In this document: in pieces, positions 1 to 9,105 of the stretch | Layout: the number at the start of each line of letters is the position of its first letter | Numbering within the stretch: position 1 is the stretch's first letter | Assembly: GCA_945902215.1 (NCBI GenBank) | Contig: CAMDML010000007.1 | Coordinates: 4,178-68,177 of the forward strand | Source: Klebsiella pneumoniae | GTDB taxonomy: Bacteria; Pseudomonadota; Gammaproteobacteria; Pseudomonadales; Pseudohongiellaceae | Direction: 5' to 3' | DNA: 64,000 nucleotides | Position numbers and translations under genes: made by a program | The notes under the pieces: generated by a model | Told to the model about the DNA's origin: nothing | Database searches by the model: none | Seen by the model: only the letters and a program-made list of their open reading frames with translations

Positions 1-595
1 GCTCACCAAGATCGGCGCGCAACTGGCCCCACACGGCATTGAGTGCCGCACGATGCTGCGCCAGATTGCCGGCATCGACACATATGACCTTCTGTAACAG
101 CGGCTGCCGCGGCGGCGCCGTCAGGTCCCAGTTCAGCTCCCACATGCGGCCGACCGGCGCGTACAGTTGCAGATGTTCTGCCAGGGCCAGATGACGGTCG
201 CTGGGAAATCCGTAGCCCAGCAGATACGGTTGTTTGAACCCAATGTACTGTTCGAGAAACGCGCTGCCGGCAAGAAAGAAGGGGCTCTGTTTGCGCACTG
301 CTCCCCGTACAGCAGGATCTACCATCACATCAACGATCTGCATCGCGGTTGCCGCCTTGCCTTTGTAATAGATGTCGGCCCCCATGCCACCGTAATGACA
401 AACCAGTGCGCCGTCGCGGTACACACCGACTGCGCCACTCTCCATGCCACTCTGCGGGCGGCGATATTTCCAGTCCCACAGCGCAGCCGACATGTCCTTG
501 TTAAAGATGTTCTGAAACAGGCTGCGCATCGCCGGCGCATCGGTGGCATCAAGCTGGCGCGCGGTCAAGGTACTGACGCCTGGCTGCGCATCCAT
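1..595 (-). CDS. GNAT-family N-acyltransferase (partial, runs off the window start)
   Basis: Not in the ORF track. The ATG at 595-593 overlaps the wzt stop (TGATG). It reads MDAQPGVSTLTARQLDATDAPAMRSLFQNIFNKDMSAALWDWKY...HYGG...QIVDVMVDPAVRG...YGFPSDRH. The DVMVDPxxRG motif A and F..WxWKY pattern are typical of GNATs in glycan loci. Confidence 0.75.
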   Translation of the reverse strand, partial: MDAQPGVSTLTARQLDATDAPAMRSLFQNIFNKDMSAALWDWKYRRPQSGMESGAVGVYRDGALVCHYGGMGADIYYKGKAATAMQIVDVMVDPAVRGAVRKQSPFFLAGSAFLEQYIGFKQPYLLGYGFPSDRHLALAEHLQLYAPVGRMWELNWDLTAPPRQPLLQKVICVDAGNLAQHRAALNAVWGQLRADLGE

Positions 596-1815
596 CAGGG
601 CAGCCATTTGTGCGGCAAATCGACCAGCCCGCGTGCGAGTCCCTTCTGTTCGACATTCAGTTCAGCTGCCTGCACCACTGCTTCGTAAATGTGCAGGCCC
701 TGCTCACACATCAGGTACACATCGATATTGTAGTTGCCTTTCAGCAGCGGAAATTTCGGAAAGCTGACATGCGCCCGACCGTAGCCAAGCGCATTGACGT
801 GCAAGGAGATGCCATCGTTGACCGAGCCCAGGCTGGACAGAATGCGTCCGTCACCACCCGTGAAGGCAATACCAATGCTGGGTAGCGGCACGTTGCTACC
901 GGGTTCGAAGCGCACGACAACATCCAGCGTGCTGTGGCCGCTCAGCACCTTGTGCGCGCGCGCGGTCTTGCCGTCTACCGTGACGGCGATATCCATAATG
1001 TGCGGCATTTCGCCGGGCATGGGTGTGACTGGTATGGCAGGCGTCTCAGGGGCAGCATCCGTTTCCATGTTTTCTGCGCGCGGAGCCTGCATGCGCAGAA
1101 ACTCACCATATTCGGTGATAACTGTAGCAGGAGCGCCTTGGGCGCGAATGCGACCTTCGTCGATCCACAGCACGCGGTCGCACAAGGCCTCGACCTGATA
1201 CAACGAGTGCGAGCAGAAGAAGATGGTCTTGCCGGCGCGTTTGAAATCCATGATGCGGTCAAAAGATTTGCGCGCGAACATGCCGTCACCGACCGACAGC
1301 GCCTCATCGATAATCAGGATGTCGGGGTCGATGTGGGTTGCGATTGCAAATGCGAGGCGCACGAACATACCGCTTGAATAGGTTTTGACCGGGCGGTGGA
1401 TGAACTCTTCAATGCCGGAAAATTCGACGATCTCACCATAGATCGCATCGGTTTCGCTCTTGCTCAAACCCTGAATCGAGCAATTCAGGTAAATGTTGTC
1501 GTGCCCACTCATTTCCGGGTGGAAGCTCGCGCCAAGCTCCAGCAGCGCTGCGACACGACCCTCAATGTGCATGGTGCCTTCCGATGGCTGCAAGGTATTG
1601 GCCAGGATTTTCAGAAGGGTGCTCTTGCCCGCACCGTTTTTGCCGACCACGCCGACCACTTCGCCATGGCGCACGTCAATGCTGATGGCGCGCAGTGCGT
1701 AGTATTTCTGGTGGTGCTCCTTGCCGCTGAAAATTTCCTTCACGCGGTCGAAGTCGTGGTTGTAGAGCCGGTAGAACTTGGATACATCCTTGAGCTGGAT
1801 AATGGCTTGCGTCAT
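595..1815 (-). CDS. wzt: Polysaccharide ABC exporter ATP-binding subunit (Wzt/RfbB type) with C-terminal extension
   Basis: Walker A GKNGAGKST, signature YSSGM, Walker B ILIIDE, and a C-terminal beta-rich Wzt_C-like region. Start taken at the ATG (MTQAII) overlapping the wzm stop. Confidence 0.9.
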   Translation of the reverse strand: MTQAIIQLKDVSKFYRLYNHDFDRVKEIFSGKEHHQKYYALRAISIDVRHGEVVGVVGKNGAGKSTLLKILANTLQPSEGTMHIEGRVAALLELGASFHPEMSGHDNIYLNCSIQGLSKSETDAIYGEIVEFSGIEEFIHRPVKTYSSGMFVRLAFAIATHIDPDILIIDEALSVGDGMFARKSFDRIMDFKRAGKTIFFCSHSLYQVEALCDRVLWIDEGRIRAQGAPATVITEYGEFLRMQAPRAENMETDAAPETPAIPVTPMPGEMPHIMDIAVTVDGKTARAHKVLSGHSTLDVVVRFEPGSNVPLPSIGIAFTGGDGRILSSLGSVNDGISLHVNALGYGRAHVSFPKFPLLKGNYNIDVYLMCEQGLHIYEAVVQAAELNVEQKGLARGLVDLPHKWLP

Positions 1816-2624
1816 CACAGCACCTCCCGCACATACGGCAGACTGCGCCGAAAAATTGCCCAGCATGGGCCGAGCAGCACCAGCCACAGGCCGAACAGAC
1901 GCGCAATAGCTTGCCAGTCGAGGGTCGTGGTATCGACCACGGCATGGATAACCGCGACAAGATCGGCGAAGGGGTTCAGCCATAGCCACTGCTGCATACT
2001 TTCCGGCAGCATGTTGGGGAAATAGAGAATCGGTGTGCTGTACATGAGCAGCATCAGCACGAAGGGCAGGGCTTGGGCGAAATCGCGGAGAAAAAGCCCC
2101 AAAACAGAAAAGAGCAGCAGCAGCGGCAGGAGCCATAGCAGCAGCAAGGGCACGACGACTAGCGACTGCAGCGCCGCGAGCGGGCCAAGAAACGCCAGCA
2201 CTACCGCGCTAAACACCAAGACATGCACCAGTGCCGGAATTGCCAGGATTAGCACCGGCAGCAGCTCCACCGGAAACGGCGTGCGGCGGTACAGCGCACT
2301 GAATTCGCGGAAGAGATTCGCTGAGCGCGTCAGCACTTCGCTGAGCAGGAGCCAGGGCAACATGCCGATGAGCATGTATTCGAGAAAGCCATTGCCGCGC
2401 TCGATGCGCATGCCGTAGACAATGTCGAACAGGAACCAAAAGCCGAGTACCTGTAGTGCCGGCTGCAGTAACGGCCACAACTTGCCGAGCATCGTGCCGG
2501 AGGTACGGTTGACCAGATCGCGCTTCACCAGCATGCGCAGCAGCGAAGCGTGGGTCACGCAAGCCCGCAGCGGCACCAGCAGACCGTCGCGTATATCTTG
2601 GGCAAATCGGATCACAAAGTTCAC
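1815..2624 (-). CDS. wzm: Polysaccharide ABC exporter permease (Wzm/RfbA type)
   Basis: ABC-2 permease motifs LVKRDL..R..G..LG.LW..L.P, RDF.Q, Y.TPILY, LNP. About 6 TM segments. GTG overlaps the gspK stop. Confidence 0.9.
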   Translation of the reverse strand: MNFVIRFAQDIRDGLLVPLRACVTHASLLRMLVKRDLVNRTSGTMLGKLWPLLQPALQVLGFWFLFDIVYGMRIERGNGFLEYMLIGMLPWLLLSEVLTRSANLFREFSALYRRTPFPVELLPVLILAIPALVHVLVFSAVVLAFLGPLAALQSLVVVPLLLLWLLPLLLLFSVLGLFLRDFAQALPFVLMLLMYSTPILYFPNMLPESMQQWLWLNPFADLVAVIHAVVDTTTLDWQAIARLFGLWLVLLGPCWAIFRRSLPYVREVL

Positions 2625-3688
2625 TGCGCCAGCTCTTCTGCGTTTATCACAATCTTTGTGACCGGAATGGTTTGATAGGGATTGATTTTCAGCACCCGCG
2701 GTCTGTCAGCAAATGAGTTGATCTCGACGATTTCCGCATACGCCGTGGTTGGCTCATTATCCGGGGTCTGCCGCTGGTACGCCATGATCGAGTAATGGTT
2801 GGTGACACGACGACTGTTTAGCCAGGGGCGCAACTCCGCCATGCGCTCGGCCGGCACCAGTTGCGCGACATCACCGTTGCCGAGAAACTCATGGTCTTCG
2901 CGCCAGGCCACTATGGTGTCGATCAGTTCTTCGTCCAGACCCGGCAAGAGCCGCATCGCTTCGACCGTGGCGAGGTTCAGGTTGACGAGATCGCTGTCGC
3001 CGTAGAGGGTAAAGGCTGCATCGAGCTCAACATCAGCAAAGATTGCGCCGAAACCGCGAATTTCCAGAATCTCCTCAACCGTTTCCATGCGGCCGTTGCG
3101 CGCCTCGTAGGGCAGTTCCTGCTCGCCGTAATACTCGCTTTCGGCGCCCGTGGGGCTGGGCTGTGCGTTCAGGTCCAGCCAGTCGGCCCAAGCCGACATC
3201 AGCTCGTCGAGTTGGTCGGTATCCACATCTTCACCTAGTTTGTATTCGAGCATGGCACGTAATCTTGGCCGACTGATCTCGGTGAGGTTGATCTTGCCGG
3301 CATGATCCTGGATACGCACGACAATATCGTCAGCCTGGGGCCAGGCCAGTTGCAGCTCGGCACCCCGGTAGTTGCGGTAGCGCGGATTGACCGGGTTCTT
3401 GAGCTGTTCATCAATGCTCAGGACCGGGGGATCCATTACGTCCAGCATGATTTCCATTTCCGCCTGGTTCAGCGCTGCGAGCTCGTTCGCCCAATTGCCC
3501 AGATCCTCTTGATGAAACTGCGCAACCCGGGCAGAGAGCCGGTTCTGGCCGGCCAGCACCGTAACCAGAATGGTCAGCAGCGTAATCGTCCACAGGGTGA
3601 TGATGAGCACAGCGCCGCATTCTTTCTGGCCCAGTTGTTTGTGGAATTGTTGCTGGCGAAGATGCCTGTGAAGTTGCAGACGCTGCAT
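2621..3688 (-). CDS. gspK: Type II secretion minor pseudopilin GspK
   Basis: G|AVLIITLW prepilin-like N-terminus without E5, GKINL, DWLD and VNLNLA motifs. Start chosen at ATG 3688, just after the gspJ stop. Confidence 0.88.
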   Translation of the reverse strand: MQRLQLHRHLRQQQFHKQLGQKECGAVLIITLWTITLLTILVTVLAGQNRLSARVAQFHQEDLGNWANELAALNQAEMEIMLDVMDPPVLSIDEQLKNPVNPRYRNYRGAELQLAWPQADDIVVRIQDHAGKINLTEISRPRLRAMLEYKLGEDVDTDQLDELMSAWADWLDLNAQPSPTGAESEYYGEQELPYEARNGRMETVEEILEIRGFGAIFADVELDAAFTLYGDSDLVNLNLATVEAMRLLPGLDEELIDTIVAWREDHEFLGNGDVAQLVPAERMAELRPWLNSRRVTNHYSIMAYQRQTPDNEPTTAYAEIVEINSFADRPRVLKINPYQTIPVTKIVINAEELAQ

Positions 3689-3689
3689 A

Positions 3690-4361
3690 TCAGTTTCCTG
3701 GCGCCACAGGAGCAATTTCGACATGCTGCCAACTGCGGATCGGCGCAACAATGTCGAGTTCGGGCTCACCCGCGTCTTCATCAAGCGGCGTCAGCAGCAC
3801 ATGCACCGCCAGCGGCAAGCTCTGCTGTTCAGTACCATTCCACTCCTCCAGCCACTCCTTTTCGTCCGGATTGCGCTGCAGCAGATACCGAAAGGTGGCG
3901 CGGTACCCGGGCAGCAACTGTACGGGCTCCAACGCGTCGAAGCGCGCAGTTGGATTGTCGGTGAACGCGGGCGTCAGCTTGAGCATGAGTCCTTGTTCGT
4001 CATCCGATACCAACTGCCAGGCTGTCAGTCCGGTGCGGCGCTGCGGTGATACGGTTGATACAAAATTGAGCACGTCATCGCCGCCCTCAAAGTAAACATG
4101 GCGCGACAGACGTTCGTTGTCGATATAGGTATGCGGAAACGCCCCGAGTAGCGCGCGCTCCAGTTGCAGCACAACCAGCGTCTTGTCGAGAGTTGCATCG
4201 AGCCCCGAGGTTTCGTTCTGCCAGTCATTAACGACGGCGTAGACTCCCGCGCTCAACATGCCCAGCAGCATAGCCGTCAAGGTCATCGACAGCATCATCT
4301 CCAGCAAGGTGAAGCCGCGCGCCGCGTTCGGGTTAAGCAGGTGGGGATGCGTGCGGTTCAT
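3690..4361 (-). CDS. gspJ: Type II secretion minor pseudopilin GspJ
   Basis: RG|FTLLEMM N-methylation motif, C-terminal W...LPLAV motif, position in the G-H-I-J-K series. Confidence 0.82.
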   Translation of the reverse strand: MNRTHPHLLNPNAARGFTLLEMMLSMTLTAMLLGMLSAGVYAVVNDWQNETSGLDATLDKTLVVLQLERALLGAFPHTYIDNERLSRHVYFEGGDDVLNFVSTVSPQRRTGLTAWQLVSDDEQGLMLKLTPAFTDNPTARFDALEPVQLLPGYRATFRYLLQRNPDEKEWLEEWNGTEQQSLPLAVHVLLTPLDEDAGEPELDIVAPIRSWQHVEIAPVAPGN

Positions 4362-4741
4362 TCCGGCAGATCCAGTTCCACCCAGTAGGCACCACTGGCT
4401 ATGACTGCACCGGATTCATCGCGCAGCTCGTAGCCGCGCAACTTATGGGTGGTGCCCAGCAGGGCGCGCTCATCAGGAACGTCGAGTTCAATATCGGCAT
4501 CAAGCTGCATACCGGGGACTTCTACCGCAAGCAACAGTTCGCCGCGCGTGTCGTCGAGCTGTGCCTGATTGATCAGGCTGCGCACTTCGGTGGCGCGAAT
4601 CAGCGCATCCTCTGAACGCCACGCCAGGCGCTTGTTGCCGCCGATGACGGCGAACAGGCCGCCCAGCGCCATGCCGGTGATTGTCAGGGCGACCAGCACC
4701 TCGAGCAGCGTGAAGCCGCGCAAACTGTTATTCCGCTGCAT
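4358..4741 (-). CDS. gspI: Type II secretion minor pseudopilin GspI
   Basis: RG|FTLLEVLVAL motif, about 127 aa, position between H and J. Confidence 0.82.
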   Translation of the reverse strand: MQRNNSLRGFTLLEVLVALTITGMALGGLFAVIGGNKRLAWRSEDALIRATEVRSLINQAQLDDTRGELLLAVEVPGMQLDADIELDVPDERALLGTTHKLRGYELRDESGAVIASGAYWVELDLPE

Positions 4742-5252
4742 CGGGCTCTTCTCCGTTGTATGCGGTGGTGATGCGGCCGGTAATCGGGTCGACACGGATC
4801 AGAGCTGAGCGTTCGTCGCGGCTGAACCCGAGCCGGCCGCCGGTGCTACCGCCTTGCGGAAAAAAAGTCACGGCAAGTTCGCTCATTGCTTCGGGCGCTT
4901 GGCCGAGTTCATCCTGATAGCTCAGCGTGAGGTCTTCGCTCACCCAGTGCGCATCATTGTCACCCGTCTCTACGGCTTCGAGCTGGTCTTCATAATCGGA
5001 AGCCCGGGGATCAAGCGTGAACAGGGTGGCGGTTTTGGGCGCACCTTCGACGATGGCCATGCGGCGCGCAAAGGTGAGCGTAGCGGCGGCGCGGCGCACC
5101 TCTGCCCTGAAGGCGCTGTTATCGGTAAGGGCAAGGTTGGGGGCGATCAGGCCGGTGGCGATGGCGATAATCGACAGCACCACCAGCAGTTCCAGCAGTG
5201 TGAAGCCTGTGCAGGCCGCTGGTGCTGGTTTATTGCTCGATGTCGGCGTCAT
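4728..5252 (-). CDS. gspH: Type II secretion minor pseudopilin GspH
   Basis: TG|FTLLELLVV motif, FFPQGGSTGG and VDPITGR motifs. Start taken at ATG 5252. Confidence 0.85.
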   Translation of the reverse strand: MTPTSSNKPAPAACTGFTLLELLVVLSIIAIATGLIAPNLALTDNSAFRAEVRRAAATLTFARRMAIVEGAPKTATLFTLDPRASDYEDQLEAVETGDNDAHWVSEDLTLSYQDELGQAPEAMSELAVTFFPQGGSTGGRLGFSRDERSALIRVDPITGRITTAYNGEEPDAAE

Positions 5253-5634
5253 CGCCCTCACCGCCCGGCGCGCCGTCGGCGCCCTGGGACAGCAGGTCAA
5301 AATCCTTGTCGCCGGGCGTGTAGACATAGTCGTTGCCCCAAGGGTCCTTGGGTACGACATCATCACGGATGTACGGGCCGCCCCAGATGTCGCGGCCCGT
5401 GTCGTTTTCAACCAACCCTTCCATGCTGCGCGGATAACCGCCGATATCAAGCCGGTAGTTGTCGAGCGCGGTGGCCAAGCTATCCATCTGCGTCTGCGCG
5501 GCCGATACCTGCCCCTTGCTGATATTGCCGAACAGCGCGGGGCCCACCAGCGCTGCCAACATGCCCAGAATGACCATGACGACCAGAAGTTCCATCAGGG
5601 TGAAGCCGCGGTGCTTGTTGATATGGGGGTTCAT
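5230..5634 (-). CDS. gspG: Type II secretion major pseudopilin GspG
   Basis: RG|FTLMELLVVMVILG, ALDNYRLD.G.YP, DPWG.DY.Y and GADG.PGGEG.DADI motifs. Confidence 0.95.
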   Translation of the reverse strand: MNPHINKHRGFTLMELLVVMVILGMLAALVGPALFGNISKGQVSAAQTQMDSLATALDNYRLDIGGYPRSMEGLVENDTGRDIWGGPYIRDDVVPKDPWGNDYVYTPGDKDFDLLSQGADGAPGGEGDDADIEQ

Positions 5635-5677
5635 GCTGTTTTCCTCGCTATGCCTTCTTCACCAGGGCAGGGTTCAC

Positions 5678-7864
5678 TCACAAGCCCGCTTCGCGCAACA
5701 GATTGGACACGTTGGTGAAGCTGGCGCGGAATTCCTGTAACTGCGCATTGTCGCTGCCGTCACCACGGATAATCTGCGGGCGCAGGATGATGAACAGTTC
5801 GCGACGTTCACTCTTGATCTGCTGATAAGAGAACAGTCCGCCCAGCACGGGAATCTTCTGCAGATAGGGCACACCGGAATTCTGGTCCGAGCTGTCGTCC
5901 TGAATCAAACCGCCGAGCGTAATGGTCGACTGGTCTGACACCACGACGGTCGTGGTGATTTCCTGATTGGTGAAGGTTGGGTTGCCCGCGACACCGCCGG
6001 CACCGGCTTCCTGGATCGACGACAGTTTCTGGACGATCGCCAGATTTACGAAACCATCGGCATTGATGCGCGGCGTAATGGTCAGCTCGATACCGACATC
6101 CTTGTAGGAAATATTCTCGCTGGTCACACCGTTGCCAACCGTGGTCACGCCGTTATTAACCGGCACTTGCTGGCCCACCTTGATCGCGCCTTCCTGGTTG
6201 TTGGCGGCGAGCAGCGTCGGCCGCGCGAGTAACCGCACTTCGTTGTCCTGCGCAATCGCCTGCAAGGTTGCATCAATGACGGCCGAACCATCCATGAAGG
6301 TACGCGTCAGTACGAGGCCGGAGCCCTGATTAGCCAAACCGCTTGCAGGAGCAATCAGACCAGTAGGCAAGAAGCGCCCCGTGAGTCGCGCCGGGCCGGA
6401 GGCCGCATTGGCGGATACCCGGGTCCAATCAATGCCGAACGCAGTGCCATCGGTCAACGTAACCTGGCCGATCACTGCATTGATCAAGACCTGCAAGGGC
6501 ACCGTGTCGAGCTCGCTGATTGTGGTCAGCAGCTGGCGATATTCGCGCGGTGAGGCAAGCACGAGCAGGCTGTTGGTATCTTCATCCGCCACAATGGTGA
6601 CGGAAAGATTGGCGGAGACGACGCTTTCTTCATTGGCGGCGGCTCCTGTTGTCACACTGAATCCGCCAAAGGGGCCAACCAGCGTATTCTGTTGCTCGTC
6701 TTGCGCGATGCGGGTAAGGAGCGGACCCTGCGCTGCATTTTGGGCAGCCGCTTCCGCCTCCGCGTCTTCCTCATCACCGAATACATTGATCAGCGTTTCT
6801 GCCAGCGTCGTTGCCGTGAGATTCTTCACGCGGTAGACAAACAACTGCTCACCTTGCTCCTGGCTCTCGCCATCAAGAACACGCACCCAGCGCGTGACTT
6901 CGTCGAAGCCGCGCGCGGCTGGCGCGATAACCAGCACGGCATTGATACGCTCAAGTCCCAGCACCTGGTACGAACTCTGTTCACCTTCGATCAGCGTCAG
7001 AATTCCTTTCAGTTCCTCTGCCACAGCAGTCGCTTGTGAATTGACCAGGGGGTAGAGCTGAATGCCCTGATTGAGGAAGGGATCATCGTCAAGCACGTCA
7101 AGCAGCGCATTGATGCGTTCAAGTTGCTGCGGCGACGCGTAGATGCCCAACAGGTTGGCCGGGCCAAGACGGGTTACTGAGCCGCCGGGTTGCAAGAGCG
7201 GATTGATGATCGCTTCCGCTGCCTCGATGGAAATATACGTCAGCGGTGTCACCTGCAGCACTTCGGAAGAAGTGGCGTCGCCAAGCGTGTCAGGCAACAC
7301 AATCTCGGCAGGAATCGCTGACGCATTCACCGTGAACCTGTACACGTTGCCGGCCTGTTCGATGCTGACACCGGCGTTGCGTGCAAGCAGGCGCATCAAC
7401 GGCCAGATGTCGGCGTAGCGCAGCGGATTGTTGGCCGAAGTGCGCAGGCTGACGCGCGTATTGATGGTCGGGTCGAGGATCATGTTCAGGTTCAGCACCG
7501 CGCCGAGCTGTTCGAATACAACGCGCAGGTCTTCCTGCTCGTAGTTCAGCTCTACTACATCGTTCGCCGGCGGCTGCACAACTGGAGCGTCTTCGACAAA
7601 ACGGCCCAGCTGGATTACGCGCCCATCGCGGTTGATGTCAGCAATGTTTTCTGCGCGGGTATCCGCCGCAGCTTCTGGCTCAACGATCACTGCTGGTGCT
7701 GCCGCCGTAGTAGCGTTGCGGTTTGCGGCGGCAGTTGTCGAAGCCTCCGGGGCGTTCGTGCCCAACAGCGAGGCGCACCCGCCGGTCGTTATCAACAAAC
7801 CTGCCAGCGTCAGACGCAGCAATACGACCGGCGTGGCGAGCGCGCCAAAATTAAACTTGTTCAT
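5678..7864 (-). CDS. gspD: Type II secretion secretin GspD, probably a lipoprotein
   Basis: Secretin domain (QVLINAVI, GIELTITPRIN, LGGLI, GVPYLQKIPVLGGLF, RELFIILRPQII) plus N-domains. An alternative GTG start at 7888 also has a GGAG SD. Confidence 0.92.
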   Translation of the reverse strand: MNKFNFGALATPVVLLRLTLAGLLITTGGCASLLGTNAPEASTTAAANRNATTAAAPAVIVEPEAAADTRAENIADINRDGRVIQLGRFVEDAPVVQPPANDVVELNYEQEDLRVVFEQLGAVLNLNMILDPTINTRVSLRTSANNPLRYADIWPLMRLLARNAGVSIEQAGNVYRFTVNASAIPAEIVLPDTLGDATSSEVLQVTPLTYISIEAAEAIINPLLQPGGSVTRLGPANLLGIYASPQQLERINALLDVLDDDPFLNQGIQLYPLVNSQATAVAEELKGILTLIEGEQSSYQVLGLERINAVLVIAPAARGFDEVTRWVRVLDGESQEQGEQLFVYRVKNLTATTLAETLINVFGDEEDAEAEAAAQNAAQGPLLTRIAQDEQQNTLVGPFGGFSVTTGAAANEESVVSANLSVTIVADEDTNSLLVLASPREYRQLLTTISELDTVPLQVLINAVIGQVTLTDGTAFGIDWTRVSANAASGPARLTGRFLPTGLIAPASGLANQGSGLVLTRTFMDGSAVIDATLQAIAQDNEVRLLARPTLLAANNQEGAIKVGQQVPVNNGVTTVGNGVTSENISYKDVGIELTITPRINADGFVNLAIVQKLSSIQEAGAGGVAGNPTFTNQEITTTVVVSDQSTITLGGLIQDDSSDQNSGVPYLQKIPVLGGLFSYQQIKSERRELFIILRPQIIRGDGSDNAQLQEFRASFTNVSNLLREAGL

Positions 7865-7899
7865 ACCACACTCCGGACGACGGCTCACAGGAAGCTCCT

Positions 7900-9105
7900 T
7901 CAGAAATCCACGGTATTCATGCTGAACACGGCTGACAGCATGATGACTATGATACTGCCCACCCCAACGCCCAGCAGCACGATCAGCGTCGGTTGCAGCG
8001 CGTTGACGAGCCGTGTCATCTGGTCGCGTACCTGACTGTCAAAGGTGCGGGCCAGTTTTTTGAGAATGCTGCCGGTGCGACCCGACTCTTCGCCGACAGT
8101 CACCAATTGATGCAGCAACACAGGGAATTGTTTGGTCTTCGCCAGTGACACGCCGAGTCCTGCGCCGCCGCGCACATCCTCTTCCACCTGCTTTAAATGA
8201 TGTATCAGCTCTTCATTGGTGATCACGTCGCGTGCCACGCGCAAACCCTTGATCAGCGGAATGCCGGCGCCAAGCAGTGCGCCCAGGGTGCGGGCGAAGA
8301 TTGCCACATCCTTGTACAGCAGCACGTGGCCGATGAGCGGCAGGGTCAGCAGCCATTTGTCTTTGGCGCGTTTGCGGGCACTGTCGGTGTCGATCCAGCG
8401 CCAGCCGTACACGCCGAGCGCGACCAGCGGGAGCAGGACCCAGCCGTAATATTTGATGAACTGGCTCAGGTCGAGCAGGAACTGCGCAGAGCTGGGGATG
8501 TCGGAACCCACATCCTCGAACATTGCGGTGAACTGTGGCACAACGAAGATCAGGAGCAAGCCAACCGAGACAATGCCGACGAACAACAGAATAAAGGGGT
8601 ACATCAGCGCGGCCAGAATCTGTTTGCGCGTCTCCTCGGTGCTCTCGAGGAAGTTGGCGAGATCGGGCAACAGCTGATCAAGAATGCCGCCGGTTTCACC
8701 CGCACGCACCATGTTGAAATAGAGGCGTGAAAACACTTCCGGCCGCTGCTCCATGGCATCCGCCAAGCTCTTGCCTTCCTTCACATCGCGGCGAATGGAG
8801 GCCACCAGCCGTTTCATATGTTCTTTCTCTGTGATGCCTTCGAGCAACGACAGCGCCTTGTCGAGCGGCACGCGCGCTTCAACCAAGGTGCACAGCCCGT
8901 TGGTGAAATCGACAAGGTCCGCGTTGCTGATCTTCGAATCGCTGCGGCTCTGCACCTGCCGGCTTGTGACCTTGATGCGGATGGGCACAAGTCGGCGTGC
9001 CTGCAATTGTGCCACGGCTTCGCGCTCAGACTCGGCGCTGACCTGGCCGCTCGTCATGTTGCCCTGCGCATCGCAGGCCTGGTAATGGAAGTAGTGAATG
9101 CTCAT
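7900..9105 (-). CDS. gspF: Type II secretion inner-membrane platform protein GspF
   Basis: Two T2SSF repeats (EGKSLADA...GETGG.L; GEESG), YP motif, 3 TM segments. Confidence 0.93.
   Translation of the reverse strand: MSIHYFHYQACDAQGNMTSGQVSAESEREAVAQLQARRLVPIRIKVTSRQVQSRSDSKISNADLVDFTNGLCTLVEARVPLDKALSLLEGITEKEHMKRLVASIRRDVKEGKSLADAMEQRPEVFSRLYFNMVRAGETGGILDQLLPDLANFLESTEETRKQILAALMYPFILLFVGIVSVGLLLIFVVPQFTAMFEDVGSDIPSSAQFLLDLSQFIKYYGWVLLPLVALGVYGWRWIDTDSARKRAKDKWLLTLPLIGHVLLYKDVAIFARTLGALLGAGIPLIKGLRVARDVITNEELIHHLKQVEEDVRGGAGLGVSLAKTKQFPVLLHQLVTVGEESGRTGSILKKLARTFDSQVRDQMTRLVNALQPTLIVLLGVGVGSIIVIMLSAVFSMNTVDF

Noticed and set aside
167..688. 173-aa plus-strand ORF
   Set aside because: Antisense shadow of the minus-strand GNAT and wzt end, which have recognisable motifs and coupled start/stop codons.
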